The notes: generated from the letters alone by a model not told the origin. 64,000 bases of DNA from an uncultured bacterium (GCA_963717435.1 OY970332.1:768001-832000); one strand, 5' to 3'. Positions 47,459 through 58,068 are shown, counted from the stretch's first letter. Numbers and translations: made by a program.

Positions 47459-49537
47459 GTGATTTTAAATAAAATTTATAACAAATTTAAGATTATTGGA
47501 TTAAAGCGAACGTGTGAGCTTGTAAAAAACAAGTTTGCCAGTTCGCTTTTTTTGTTCTTAAACAGAAGACGGGCAAAAATAACCCGTTATATGGGCAAAA
47601 CTGCAAATTACAGTTGGCCGGAAGTCTCGAGTAAATTAAAATTTGATAAAGATTTTGAAAAATTCTGGGAAAATTTTTGCAACAAAAAATCTTATATTAA
47701 TTTTAATAATTTTTTAGAAACTTTAATAACTGATTATAATCTTGATAATCAGGCAAGCATCCCAGATAAAAACTGTGTTAAACTTCTTCAAGAATTCTCT
47801 TCCCCGCTCGTCCCGAGTGTTCTTCGTAGCTTTAGCGTAGAAGAATGTATCGAGGGATCGAGTAAACCCAAGTGGCACTATGATCTTAACGGGTTTTATT
47901 TTGACGCAAATATTTTTTATAAAGACATAAAAATACAAGCTAATATTGGGGAAAATATCGGGCCGGATATCAGAACACTGTGGGAAAAAAACAGATTTAA
48001 TAATATTTTTTTTCTGGGCATAAATAATTCACCGGACAAATTTTTCAGTGACATAAAAGACTGGATAGATAAGAACCCATATTTATATGGGCCCAATTGG
48101 GTTTGCCCGATGGAAGTAGGAATCAGGTCGGTTAACTGGGTTTTGGGCTTTATGTTTTTTAAAGACATAAAATTTGGTGAGCCAAAACAGAAATTTGAGT
48201 TTTGGGAAAAATTTATCTGCTCACTTTATGACCACATGATTTTTATAGAACAAAATTGGGAAATTTATGATACACGAACAAATAACCATTATTTGTCAGA
48301 TCTACTGGGGTATTATTACTTATTAATATTTTTTGATAGTTTAGGCGCAAAAAATTTAAAATCTAAAATTATTTGGGTAAAAAAAGAGTTTTTAAAAGAG
48401 CTTGATAAGCAGATATTACCCGACGGCTCTAGTTACGAGGGCTCGACGGCTTATCATAATTTAATTTGTGAAATAGTTTATTATTTTAAAATTTTAAGTG
48501 ATCAAGAAGAGTTAAAAAATAATTATAATAAATTACTCGACCAAAAATTTAAAAATATGTGCCAATTTGCAAGTTATTTTTATCTTCAGGACCCTAAAGT
48601 TAAAATACCGAAGCAACTTACGCCGCTCGTCCCGAGTGTTCTACGAAGCTCAAAGAGCGAAGTAGAATGTATCGAGGGATGGCGGGGGCAAAATTTTGTG
48701 ACAATAGGCGATAACGACTCGGGCAAAATTGTCGCGGGCCTGCCTGAAAAATTTTTTAAAGTTACTAAATTTGATAACTTGCCCGAAATTGCGCACTTTA
48801 AGGATTTTGGAGTATCTGTTTATAAATCACCGAATATACACATAACTTTGCGCCATCATGCATATAATAAATTACAACCAAGTGCTCATTTCCATAACGA
48901 TTTTTTAAGTATCACGTTAGCAATAAACAATATTCCGGTTATTATCGATCCTGGTTCTTATGTTTATACCGCTTCAAGTTATTGGCGAAATTATTTTCGC
49001 AGCGCTGAATCCCATAATGGGTTTTATATTAAAAATTTAGAACCTGTCAAACTCGATAATTACAATCTTTTTGCTCCCGATATTCCCGAAAAAATTCTAG
49101 AAAATAATAGTCTAAAAAATAATAATGGCATTAAAAAATCGATAGTGTCTAGTCACGAGCTTTATAAAAATCTGGGCCTAAGAGCGGCAAGAAAAATTGA
49201 ATTAGAAAATTTAAATAAAAATATAATTGTCACAGATTCCTGGGATAGTATTTGGGAGAATATTAATAAAACAAACTTAGAAAATCTTGAGAATCTTACA
49301 ACTGTCTGGAGCTTGATTTTGCACCCAGATATTAAAGCAATAAAGCGGACAGATAAGTCTTGGGATCTTTTTTACAACAATATTAAACTTGCGAACATAA
49401 GCTCCAAAGATCTTGATTTTGAAGCAGATTCCTCATGGGCAAGTTTTGTTTATGGCGAAAAAATCGCTGCAACCAGATTAGCCGCGCAAAGCAGCTTGAA
49501 ATTAAAAAATTATGGCTGGCAGATAACTATTTTTTAA
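47459..49537 (+). CDS. heparinase II/III-family (alginate-lyase-like) protein with two in-frame palindromic insertions
   Basis: WEKNRF, NWVCPMEVGIR..NW, NNHY, EGSTAYH, IGDNDSG, HFHND, IDPGSYVY and FRS..SHN motifs. Confidence 0.88.
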   Translation: MILNKIYNKFKIIGLKRTCELVKNKFASSLFLFLNRRRAKITRYMGKTANYSWPEVSSKLKFDKDFEKFWENFCNKKSYINFNNFLETLITDYNLDNQASIPDKNCVKLLQEFSSPLVPSVLRSFSVEECIEGSSKPKWHYDLNGFYFDANIFYKDIKIQANIGENIGPDIRTLWEKNRFNNIFFLGINNSPDKFFSDIKDWIDKNPYLYGPNWVCPMEVGIRSVNWVLGFMFFKDIKFGEPKQKFEFWEKFICSLYDHMIFIEQNWEIYDTRTNNHYLSDLLGYYYLLIFFDSLGAKNLKSKIIWVKKEFLKELDKQILPDGSSYEGSTAYHNLICEIVYYFKILSDQEELKNNYNKLLDQKFKNMCQFASYFYLQDPKVKIPKQLTPLVPSVLRSSKSEVECIEGWRGQNFVTIGDNDSGKIVAGLPEKFFKVTKFDNLPEIAHFKDFGVSVYKSPNIHITLRHHAYNKLQPSAHFHNDFLSITLAINNIPVIIDPGSYVYTASSYWRNYFRSAESHNGFYIKNLEPVKLDNYNLFAPDIPEKILENNSLKNNNGIKKSIVSSHELYKNLGLRAARKIELENLNKNIIVTDSWDSIWENINKTNLENLENLTTVWSLILHPDIKAIKRTDKSWDLFYNNIKLANISSKDLDFEADSSWASFVYGEKIAATRLAAQSSLKLKNYGWQITIF
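47802..47858 (+). repeat. palindromic element copy 6 (in-frame)
   Basis: CCGCTCGTCCCGAGTG-TTCTTCGTAGCTTTAGCGTAGAAGAA-TGTATCGAGGGAT; encodes PLVPSVLRSFSVEECIEG. Confidence 0.92.
48623..48682 (+). repeat. palindromic element copy 7 (in-frame)
   Basis: CCGCTCGTCCCGAGTG-TTCTACGAAGCTCAAAGAGCGAAGTAGAA-TGTATCGAGGGATGG; encodes PLVPSVLRSSKSEVECIEGW. Confidence 0.92.
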
Positions 49538-49626
49538 CTTTGTTTCTATATTCTTGATATTTCATATTTATTTTAGCCAAAATTGTTTTGATATTAAATT
49601 TAAAAAAAATTTAACTGGGACCAACT

Positions 49627-51243
49627 ATGAAAAGTAAAAAAAATAATCTTATTGTCTTAATTATTATGCAGCTTCTTTTCCAAATAAACTGCTTAGGGAT
49701 GGAAAATATTTATATTAACAAAGCAAATGAACTGGCCAAGAAAATCTTTGGTGTATTTGATCCGGAATCAAAGATAAATTTAAAAGATTTCGGTTCTTAT
49801 GAGTCCAAGGAACTTAGAGAATGGGTCGAGTTATTATCCAAAATAGCTGCCATGCGTGTTAATGTTAAGACCCAGGACCTTAAATGCTTGCTTATAGACC
49901 CAATTAATGAGGATCGTTGTTCAAGGGTCGCAACTAAAGAGAATAAAGACACCCAAATTTTAACGATTTATGATCTGAATCAGGCACTTTTTGTCATGTT
50001 AAAAGACTTGTTTGGTTTAAGGACATCTGAACAAATTAAATACAACTTAAAACTTCTTGATTATATAACGAACTTTTCAAGCGACCTTAAAAAGATTAGT
50101 AATTTTTTAAAATCAATTAAGCTCCAAGATTCTGGTACAGATGAACCGCTCAAGAAGATAATTGAAAATCTAATAAAAATTTACGAGGCGATACTTGATA
50201 AAATTAGGATAGATTTTGGGCCCAGCGGTCAAAAACTGATTAAAGCGACTGATGAAGCTTATGAATTCGTGTTTGCGAAATCTGGAGTGAATGAAAAATT
50301 TAATGATTTGCAAAAAGCATCTTGGAAAAATCTAGTAATAAATATACAAAGACTGGTGTTTGTCTCAGGAGTTGAAAGCCTTATTTGTGTAGCTCAAAAT
50401 CCAAGCACAAGATGTAAAACAAAAGATGGAAAAGATATTTATACCATTTTCGATTTATCTGTAAATTTCATCACAGGATCTGATGAATTATCTGCATTGT
50501 ATAAAAGAGAAGGTGCCAACGCTCACGATACATACAAGAAAATCTATGACTCATCTGAGCGCGGTATCAATCAAATTGAAACAATAATTAAAGAAGCAAA
50601 AATTAGTAATAATATATTTGGTCAAAGCGCAAAAAATGTTCTTGAAAACTTAATGAAAAAATTTAGGTTGCTCTTGCAAAAGCTTGAAGTGGATTTTGGC
50701 TACTCAAAAGATTCGGTAATAAAATCTATAGATACCAAAATAAAAGAAATATTTGCAGGTGATTTGTCTGTGTTTCCAGGGAACGCTGCTCAAGTGAACA
50801 GAAATAAATCATGGGACGAGCTATTATATAAAGTTGGTTTGTTTATAAAAGCTTCAGATCCCGATGATAGCTCTAATATTTATGAGGGAAACGTTTATGT
50901 GAAAGTAAAAGGCGGGAGGCAGGTTAGGCAAGCTAATGTAAAAGAACGTCTGGCCTCAATCTTTGATTTTATGAGCATATCGACGGATAAAAGAGGGTGT
51001 TTTGGTGATCCAACGCAAGTCTGTTCGACTGAGCCGCTTAAATATTTTGATGAGCATATTTACAAAACAATTGCCACCAACTTGGCTCAGGCAAAAAAGC
51101 TTATTAATGATATTTCCTTTAGCATCAGAACGAAGCCACGAGAAGCAAAAGCAGTTTTGGAACATCTGGTGAAAAAAATGGATGGCGTTGTTGCCAAATT
51201 TAAATCTGATTGGGAAAAATATTTAAAGAGTATTAAGAAATAA
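49627..51243 (+). CDS. secreted helical-repeat protein (three domains)
   Basis: Signal ending CLG|MEN; repeats ending ...ILDKIRIDFG / LLQKLEVDFG / VVAKFKSDW. Confidence 0.82.
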   Translation: MKSKKNNLIVLIIMQLLFQINCLGMENIYINKANELAKKIFGVFDPESKINLKDFGSYESKELREWVELLSKIAAMRVNVKTQDLKCLLIDPINEDRCSRVATKENKDTQILTIYDLNQALFVMLKDLFGLRTSEQIKYNLKLLDYITNFSSDLKKISNFLKSIKLQDSGTDEPLKKIIENLIKIYEAILDKIRIDFGPSGQKLIKATDEAYEFVFAKSGVNEKFNDLQKASWKNLVINIQRLVFVSGVESLICVAQNPSTRCKTKDGKDIYTIFDLSVNFITGSDELSALYKREGANAHDTYKKIYDSSERGINQIETIIKEAKISNNIFGQSAKNVLENLMKKFRLLLQKLEVDFGYSKDSVIKSIDTKIKEIFAGDLSVFPGNAAQVNRNKSWDELLYKVGLFIKASDPDDSSNIYEGNVYVKVKGGRQVRQANVKERLASIFDFMSISTDKRGCFGDPTQVCSTEPLKYFDEHIYKTIATNLAQAKKLINDISFSIRTKPREAKAVLEHLVKKMDGVVAKFKSDWEKYLKSIKK

Positions 51244-51356
51244 TATTACTATTGAACCGGAATAATCAAAGAAGTTAAAAACAAGGGGAGTGATAAATAG
51301 ATTGGCGTGCTTTATAGAGATTAATTGTATAAAATTTTAAAAAAAGGGTAGTTAAT

Positions 51357-51971
51357 ATGCAAAGTTTAAAGATATTAAATTTAAATTCGAAGCTAAAATT
51401 TTTAATTTTGACTTTTTTGGCGCCGATTAGTTTGTTGGCTGCAAGTGATAATGAGTTACAACAAAAGCTAAAAACTCTGATGGACAAGATCGAAAATCCA
51501 AATGGCGAATTTAACGCAATATTTGGTGGAAATCTGATTGATAATTTAAACAAGAAGAATAGAGACGCTAAATACGACTCGATTACTAAACTTTTTACAG
51601 AAATTTCTAACTTTGTGTCCTATTCGGGTTCAAAAGAATTGCCGTTTCTTATACAGGGGATTGATCGCGTTCTCCTGAACGTAATTGATAGAATTGTTCT
51701 AACAAATGATAATGAGAATCAGTTGTCTGCACTAACAAAATCCAAATTTGTCGAGCTTATTATTAAACCGTTAAAAGCTGAGATTGCCAGCGCTAAAAAG
51801 CAGGTTGATGACGTTTATACATTTAGAGAAGGGCCGAGAGCTGCCAAAAAGCTTTTGCTGCTTTTGATTAACAAAATGGATGAGGTTGTTGAAAAATATA
51901 GTCAAGATTGGCAAGATAAATTGCGACTTTGGACTCGTAATGAACCTGGCGAAAAAGTGCGGCGTAGTTAA
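51357..51971 (+). CDS. secreted single helical-domain protein
   Basis: Signal peptide; FVSYSGSKEL and AKKLLLLLINKMDEVVEKYSQDW. Confidence 0.8.
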   Translation: MQSLKILNLNSKLKFLILTFLAPISLLAASDNELQQKLKTLMDKIENPNGEFNAIFGGNLIDNLNKKNRDAKYDSITKLFTEISNFVSYSGSKELPFLIQGIDRVLLNVIDRIVLTNDNENQLSALTKSKFVELIIKPLKAEIASAKKQVDDVYTFREGPRAAKKLLLLLINKMDEVVEKYSQDWQDKLRLWTRNEPGEKVRRS

Positions 51972-51993
51972 TAGTTTTTAATTATTTAAAACA

Positions 51994-52026
51994 AACAAGA
52001 GCGGGATTTTAAATCTCGCTCTTGTT
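51994..52026. terminator. bidirectional terminator-like hairpin
   Basis: AACAAGAGCGGGATTT-T-AAATCTCGCTCTTGTT between convergent genes. Confidence 0.7.
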
Positions 52027-52074
52027 ATTGTTTAAGAAATTTAATACTTAAGAAATTTTAGGTTTGTTTGGTTT

Positions 52075-54351
52075 TTAGTTAACTTCACTTGCGTCAAAGT
52101 CTATATTCTCTTGCTCTGTTTTATACCCGCAGTCTTTGTTTGGACAAACAAGCATAGCAGTGCCATCTTTTTCTTCTTTTTTAAGTAAATAGGGCGACTT
52201 GCACTCAGGACATTCAACTTCTTCTATTTCACCAGAGATAGAGAACTTACACTTAGGATAATTTGAACAGCCCCAGAATTTTTTGCCTTTCCACGAACGT
52301 TCAATAACATCGCCAGTTCCACAAGAAGGGCACTTGAATTTCGCTTTTTTAACGTAAATATATTTACACTCTGGATAACCCGAGCAAGCTATAAACGGCC
52401 CAAATCTCCCGACAACTTGTCTTAAATTCTTGCCGCAGTTGGGACATGTTTCTTCAAGAAGCTTTGGCTTTTGCGCTTCTATTAAAACAATTTCACCATC
52501 TTCTTTGCGCTCAAAGTTGCTTGTAAAATCACACTCTGGAAATCCTGAACAACCTAAAAATGGTCCCGATTTTCCAAATCTAATTGCAAGTTTATGTTTT
52601 TTGCACTTAGGGCAAGTAATATCTGTTGGTTCAGCAACACGTTTGTTGCCGTCATGCCCTCTAAATGCTGCAAGATCTGTTTCAAATGTTTTATGAAAGT
52701 CTCGTAACAGTTTATCTCTTTCAAGCTCACCTGAAGCGATTTTATCCAGATCCTCTTCCATGGTTGCTGTAAAACCGATATCCATTATTTTTGGTAAATT
52801 TGTTACTAAGCTTTTTGTTACCGCCATGCCAAGTTCTGTTGGCACAAATCTTTTTTTATTATCTAGAGTGGTATACGCACGGGCCTGAATAGTTTTTAAA
52901 ATAGTTGCATAAGTTGATGGACGGCCGATACGCTCTTTTTCCATCTCTTTGACAAGCGACGCTTCTGTATATCTTGGAGGTGGCTGCGTAAAATGCTGCT
53001 TAGGAGTAGTTTTTTCTAAACTTAATTTATCGTTTTCTTTTATATCTTTTGGAATTAAAGAAGCTTTTTCTTCTTGATCCTCTGCATCTTGGTAGATTTT
53101 CAAGAAGCCATCAAATATTAAAGTAGAACCGGTTACTTTAAACACAAATTGACCGCCGGTAATTGTAACCTGTCGCTGAGCATATTCAGCCGGTTTCATT
53201 TGACTTGCAACAAATCTGTTCCAAATTAATGTATAAAGCTTTGCCGTGTCAGGCTCTAAGTGTGAACGTATTTTTTCAGGCGATAAGTTTACGTCTATGG
53301 GTCTTATTGCTTCATGGGCATCTTGAGCTTTGTCTTTTGAATATATATTAGACTTGCCCGGCAAATAGTTGTCGCCATACTCTTTTTTAATAAAAGTTCT
53401 TGATGCTTTTAGCGCAGTATCTGCGATTCTTAAGGAGTCGGTACGCATGTAAGTTATAAGAGCAACAGGCGTTGATGAATCTTCTAACGGCACGCCTTCA
53501 TATAGTTTTTGGGCGATCTGCATAGTTTTTTGAACTGAAAAACCAAGCTGATTATAGGCCGCTTGCTGCATGCTACTTGTCATAAACGGTGCAGCAGGAT
53601 TTTTTAATCTTTTTGAATCTTTTATAGTTTCTATAGAATATTCATGGCCTGAAAGTTTATTAATTACTTCTTGGGCCTGTTTTTCGTTTTTTAAATCTAT
53701 TTTTTTCTTATTTATAGTTGCAAGTTGAGCAGAGATATTATTCTTTCCATCAGAGAATACACCTTCTATGGACCAAGATTCTTCCGGTTTAAAAACTCTT
53801 ATTGCATCTTCTCTATCAACTATAAGTCTTAATGCAACAGACTGAACTCTTCCTGCTGATAGCCCCTTGGCAATTTTTTGCCATAATATAGGAGATACTT
53901 CATAACCCACCCATCTGTCCAACACTCTTCGTGCCTGCTGGGCGTTAACCTTTTTTATGTCTATATTTCCCGGGTGATCTATCGCATCAAGAATCGCTGT
54001 GCTTGTGATTTCGTTAAAAGTTATTCTATGAATCTTGCTTTTGTCTTTAACAACTTTTTGAATCTCATTTGCTACGTGCCACGCTATAATTTCACCCTCA
54101 CGATCTGGATCGGGCGCTAGATAAATTTCATCAGAAGTAGAAGCTTCTTTGCAGATATCAGCTATAACTTTATCTTTGTCATCCAAAGTAACATAATCTA
54201 TATTAATTGAGCCGTTTATTGTTATTCCAAGCTCTTTTTTGGGCAGATCTTTTATGTGCCCGACAGTGGACATGATTTTAAATTGTTTGCCTAAAAACTT
54301 TGATATAGTTTTTATTTTCGCAGGAGATTCGACAATAAGTAATTTTTTCAT
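52075..54351 (-). CDS. topA: DNA topoisomerase I with C-terminal zinc ribbons
   Basis: LIVESPAK, DPDREGE, SAGRVQS, ITYMRTDS, AHEAIRP and CxxC..F.GCS.YPEC repeats. Confidence 0.97.
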   Translation of the reverse strand: MKKLLIVESPAKIKTISKFLGKQFKIMSTVGHIKDLPKKELGITINGSINIDYVTLDDKDKVIADICKEASTSDEIYLAPDPDREGEIIAWHVANEIQKVVKDKSKIHRITFNEITSTAILDAIDHPGNIDIKKVNAQQARRVLDRWVGYEVSPILWQKIAKGLSAGRVQSVALRLIVDREDAIRVFKPEESWSIEGVFSDGKNNISAQLATINKKKIDLKNEKQAQEVINKLSGHEYSIETIKDSKRLKNPAAPFMTSSMQQAAYNQLGFSVQKTMQIAQKLYEGVPLEDSSTPVALITYMRTDSLRIADTALKASRTFIKKEYGDNYLPGKSNIYSKDKAQDAHEAIRPIDVNLSPEKIRSHLEPDTAKLYTLIWNRFVASQMKPAEYAQRQVTITGGQFVFKVTGSTLIFDGFLKIYQDAEDQEEKASLIPKDIKENDKLSLEKTTPKQHFTQPPPRYTEASLVKEMEKERIGRPSTYATILKTIQARAYTTLDNKKRFVPTELGMAVTKSLVTNLPKIMDIGFTATMEEDLDKIASGELERDKLLRDFHKTFETDLAAFRGHDGNKRVAEPTDITCPKCKKHKLAIRFGKSGPFLGCSGFPECDFTSNFERKEDGEIVLIEAQKPKLLEETCPNCGKNLRQVVGRFGPFIACSGYPECKYIYVKKAKFKCPSCGTGDVIERSWKGKKFWGCSNYPKCKFSISGEIEEVECPECKSPYLLKKEEKDGTAMLVCPNKDCGYKTEQENIDFDASEVN

Positions 54352-54497
54352 AATTCCACTTTTAAGCTAAATAACCTAACCCATTCAAGATAGATTTTAA
54401 CTAAGTTATTTACAAAAAGTCAAATCTTTGGGAAAAAATATTTTATACTGTATCTGTATATTAAGATAAAAATAATGCAGAGATGTTATTAATATTA

Positions 54498-55121
54498 TTA
54501 ATCTTTTATAGCTTTGCTATAAAATTCTGCTTCTGATCTTGGATTTTGTGCCAGAACGATGGGCTTGCTGATTATTATAGCATGGGGGCCTATGGCCAAT
54601 ATATCGTTTATAGATTCACGTGTTATATTTGTTGAAATAAATATAGGCAGTTTTGTGTTGCCGCGAACCATCTCCCATCTATCAAAAAAGCTAAGTTGAT
54701 CCTCTTCGTCTGATGGCTTATGAAATAGTACCGCATCGACGCCCAAACTTTGTGCCTCAAGTGCAGATTGTCCCAATGAGCTTGAGTCTAGAAGATCCAA
54801 TATTATTTTTTTGCCTAGAATATGCGCTTGGGTGCATGCAACATGAATTACATTTTTTCCGGCTCCTGCCATCACTGTTATCCAGTCGGCTCCTGCGGAC
54901 GCGAATATCGTTACCGCGTCTTTGCCCCTGTCGGCAATTTTTGCGTCGGCAAGTATTGTTTTTTGTGGGAACTCATCCCTAAATCGTTTTATGGCCTGTT
55001 CGCCATATTTGTATATTAATAAAGATCCAATTTCTAATATATCTGCGTAGTCTGCAATTTCTTTGGCGACTGTTATTGCCTGATCAAGATCTGTACAATC
55101 GAAAGCGACTTGTAATTTCAT
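54498..55121 (-). CDS. 3-hexulose-6-phosphate synthase / OMP-decarboxylase-superfamily (HUMPS) protein
   Basis: MKLQVAFD, ILEIGS, ILADAKIAD.G and AGADWITV motifs. Confidence 0.85.
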   Translation of the reverse strand: MKLQVAFDCTDLDQAITVAKEIADYADILEIGSLLIYKYGEQAIKRFRDEFPQKTILADAKIADRGKDAVTIFASAGADWITVMAGAGKNVIHVACTQAHILGKKIILDLLDSSSLGQSALEAQSLGVDAVLFHKPSDEEDQLSFFDRWEMVRGNTKLPIFISTNITRESINDILAIGPHAIIISKPIVLAQNPRSEAEFYSKAIKD

Positions 55122-55148
55122 AGTTCTATGTTCCTTAAATATTTCAGG

Positions 55149-55871
55149 TTAAATAACTATTTCTTGATAGCCCTGCGCATCAAATTTATACTCAGATTTA
55201 ATTGGTGAAAAGTACCTTTTTACTTTAAAGAATTTTACGGCATTTAAGGCTGTTGATATCCCTTGTTTTGCATAGATATCTGGTAGCTCCAAGTTTGGAT
55301 CGTCATTGGATTCAAAGTGGCCGGTTGGTATATATATATAACTTGGTTTTGAAGAAATTAATAGTATGTCAGCGGGTAAATTTGGACCAGTTATGTTTTT
55401 TTCTGATACGTTCCAAAAATATTTTTTAGTTCTTTTATCAAATACTTTGTCGAATTTATACCACCTTGCGTCTTCTGGTTTTGATAGTGCAAAATGGTGA
55501 ATAGTGTTTGAGGTCATAAAAACCGGCTTAATATTTTGGGAAACAACAATATTAACTGTATTAGATTTTGTTTTTCTTAAAAATTTTATTTGGCCGTTAA
55601 TATCAGAAATAGAAAAATTACCCATATAAGAAACAAATATGCCGGTATTATATAGCTCTTTAAACATGTTCTTTGTTATCGAGTGAGTAGTTTTTCCCGG
55701 GATCTTAAGTTTTTTTGATACTTTTTCTCCAGATTTAAGATCTTGTCCAAAATATGGCCTTATAAAAAAAGTTAAAAGTTGGTTATTAGCTTGTTGTGGA
55801 AAACTTATTTTTATATTTAGTAAACTAATTATCGTTACCTTAATTGCAACCAAAATAATCTTTTTCTTCAT
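55149..55871 (-). CDS. hypothetical exported protein
   Basis: About 240-aa ORF; MKKKIILVAI N-terminus. Confidence 0.7.
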   Translation of the reverse strand: MKKKIILVAIKVTIISLLNIKISFPQQANNQLLTFFIRPYFGQDLKSGEKVSKKLKIPGKTTHSITKNMFKELYNTGIFVSYMGNFSISDINGQIKFLRKTKSNTVNIVVSQNIKPVFMTSNTIHHFALSKPEDARWYKFDKVFDKRTKKYFWNVSEKNITGPNLPADILLISSKPSYIYIPTGHFESNDDPNLELPDIYAKQGISTALNAVKFFKVKRYFSPIKSEYKFDAQGYQEIVI

Positions 55872-55982
55872 ATTTTTTCCTACTGTTTTACACTTATCAA
55901 GACTTAAGCACAAAGCTTAAGTACAAAAACACTGTACCAAACTTAACAAACAAAAGTCTATGCTATGGGTGGGGTTACTAAA

Positions 55983-56630
55983 ATGATAAATAAATCTGAG
56001 ATGAATTCAGCTGAAATTTTAAATGTATGGGCAGAGTTCCAGAAACAATTTGAGCTTTCAGATGACCAACTTTCAAAGTTTCAATTATATTTTGACATGT
56101 TGATTGCCAATAACGAACTTTTTAATATTACAGCAATAACGGGACTGCGCGAGGTTGTAAAAGATCATTTTGCAGATTCGCTATATATATCTAATTTTAT
56201 AGATTTTCAAAATATTAAATCTATTTGTGATGTTGGATCAGGTGGAGGATTCCCGGGAATTCCACTTAAAATCAAATATCCCCATTTAGAAGTTTGCTTG
56301 ATAGAGGTGACTGGAAAAAAGATTGCTTTTTTGCGCAATGTGATACAGAATTTGGGTCTAGATAAAACACAAATTTATACTAACGACTGGAAAACATTCT
56401 TGAGAAAAACCGATTTTAATATAGATCTATTCTGTTCAAGAGCTTCTTTGCAACCTGAAGACTTGGTTAGGGTTTTTAGCCCTGCATTTAACTATAGTAA
56501 TTCTCGTCTTGTATATTGGGCATCTAAGTTATATGTTCCAGGGGAAAAAGTAATAAAATATTTGGAAAAAACTGAAGAATATAAAATAGGTAATAAAGCC
56601 AGAAAATTAGTTTTCTTTAAAAAAGATTAG
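55983..56630 (+). CDS. rsmG: 16S rRNA m7G527 methyltransferase
   Basis: NITAI, HFADSL, DVGSGGGFPGIPL, KKIAFL and SRA motifs. Confidence 0.93.
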   Translation: MINKSEMNSAEILNVWAEFQKQFELSDDQLSKFQLYFDMLIANNELFNITAITGLREVVKDHFADSLYISNFIDFQNIKSICDVGSGGGFPGIPLKIKYPHLEVCLIEVTGKKIAFLRNVIQNLGLDKTQIYTNDWKTFLRKTDFNIDLFCSRASLQPEDLVRVFSPAFNYSNSRLVYWASKLYVPGEKVIKYLEKTEEYKIGNKARKLVFFKKD

Positions 56631-56639
56631 AGAGGCAAC

Positions 56640-58040
56640 ATGAAAAAACCTTTATTTTTAAGTTATATTTCGGGAGTTCAGGACCATCTTGAACAAGGTC
56701 AAAGTTATCCAAAAATATTAAAATATTTCGTTCCTGAACTAGTTACCGCAACAGTATTTTTATTCTGTACGTCGATATTTGATAGTTATTTTATAGCCCA
56801 TCTTAAATCTACTTCTTTGACCGCAACGCAGGGGGTCACAACTTCTTTGTTGCATGCGATTATCAAACTGTCTGAGGGGTTATTGGTCGGGGCCGTTGTT
56901 ATTTGCGGTCAGTATAACGGGATTCAAGACTACAAAAAAGTTGGTAAAGCTCTGTCTAACGTTTTTTGGCTAACGGTAATTTTTGGCGCGACTATCGGGA
57001 GCTTTTTATATTTTTGTGCTTATTATATTTATTATTTTTATGGGGTTACTCCAAAAATGATAACCCTGGGCATGCCATTATTAAAACTTAGAGCTATAAG
57101 TATATTCTTGATGTGCATATTTTTCGGGTTTGTAGGTTTTCTGCGTGGAATTAAGAACACTTATGTCCCGATGGTAATCTCTATCGTGGGCGGTATATTC
57201 TTTGTTTTTATAGATTATGCACTTATTTTTGGTTGTTATGGTCTGCCTGAATGCGGAATTTTAGGTTCTGCCATGGCGTCGATAATACAGTATGTTGTTA
57301 TGCTAATTGCTGTGTTTTTGTATATTATTTTTGATAAAGAAAATCGAAAATTTGGAATCGAATTTTTTTCTCGTCCATCACTTAGCATGATGAAAAGTTT
57401 ATTACTTGTAAGCTGGCCCGTGATGATAGATAAAGTTACTTTGTCTCTGGCCCATGTCTGGCTGGGATTCAGACTTGCTCCTATGGGCAAATACGCGCTT
57501 GCAAGTTTTAGTGCCATAAAAGATATTGAGCGAGTTGCAATTCTGCCCGCTTTGGCCTGCGCCCAGGTGATAACATTTTTGGTCAGCAACGACTATAAGA
57601 TTCAAAACTGGGAGAGCATAAAAGTTAATATAAAAAAAGTGATTTTTATAGCAACCATACTGGTCTGCGCAATACTACTGGCAATCTCTTATAACCCAAC
57701 TTATTTTGTAAGATTTTTCGATCATAAGGGGTCGTTTACAGAGTTATCTGTCAAAGTCCTTCCTATAATCAGTGTACTTGTGTTTTTTGATTTGCTACAA
57801 TTGATTCTGTCCGGCTCTTTACGAGGCGCGGCTGACGTTAAATATGTGATGAATGTAAGGCTCGGGGTTTGTATACTATTTTTCATGCCACTTTCTTATT
57901 TTCTTTCAGGTATTAACTGGTCCAGTCCTATAACAAATTTTTTAGCTGTTTATGGGACACTTTATATTTCAAATGCCATAATGTCTTTATTTTATATACA
58001 GAGATTTCGTGGCGGTGGCTGGAAAAAACAGACTGTTTAA
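56640..58040 (+). CDS. MATE family efflux transporter
   Basis: About 12 TM; GFLRGIKNT..PM, G..G.A.AS and GSLRGAAD motifs. Confidence 0.9.
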   Translation: MKKPLFLSYISGVQDHLEQGQSYPKILKYFVPELVTATVFLFCTSIFDSYFIAHLKSTSLTATQGVTTSLLHAIIKLSEGLLVGAVVICGQYNGIQDYKKVGKALSNVFWLTVIFGATIGSFLYFCAYYIYYFYGVTPKMITLGMPLLKLRAISIFLMCIFFGFVGFLRGIKNTYVPMVISIVGGIFFVFIDYALIFGCYGLPECGILGSAMASIIQYVVMLIAVFLYIIFDKENRKFGIEFFSRPSLSMMKSLLLVSWPVMIDKVTLSLAHVWLGFRLAPMGKYALASFSAIKDIERVAILPALACAQVITFLVSNDYKIQNWESIKVNIKKVIFIATILVCAILLAISYNPTYFVRFFDHKGSFTELSVKVLPIISVLVFFDLLQLILSGSLRGAADVKYVMNVRLGVCILFFMPLSYFLSGINWSSPITNFLAVYGTLYISNAIMSLFYIQRFRGGGWKKQTV

Positions 58041-58068
58041 TTGATATGTTTTTGAAAGAATTAAATCG

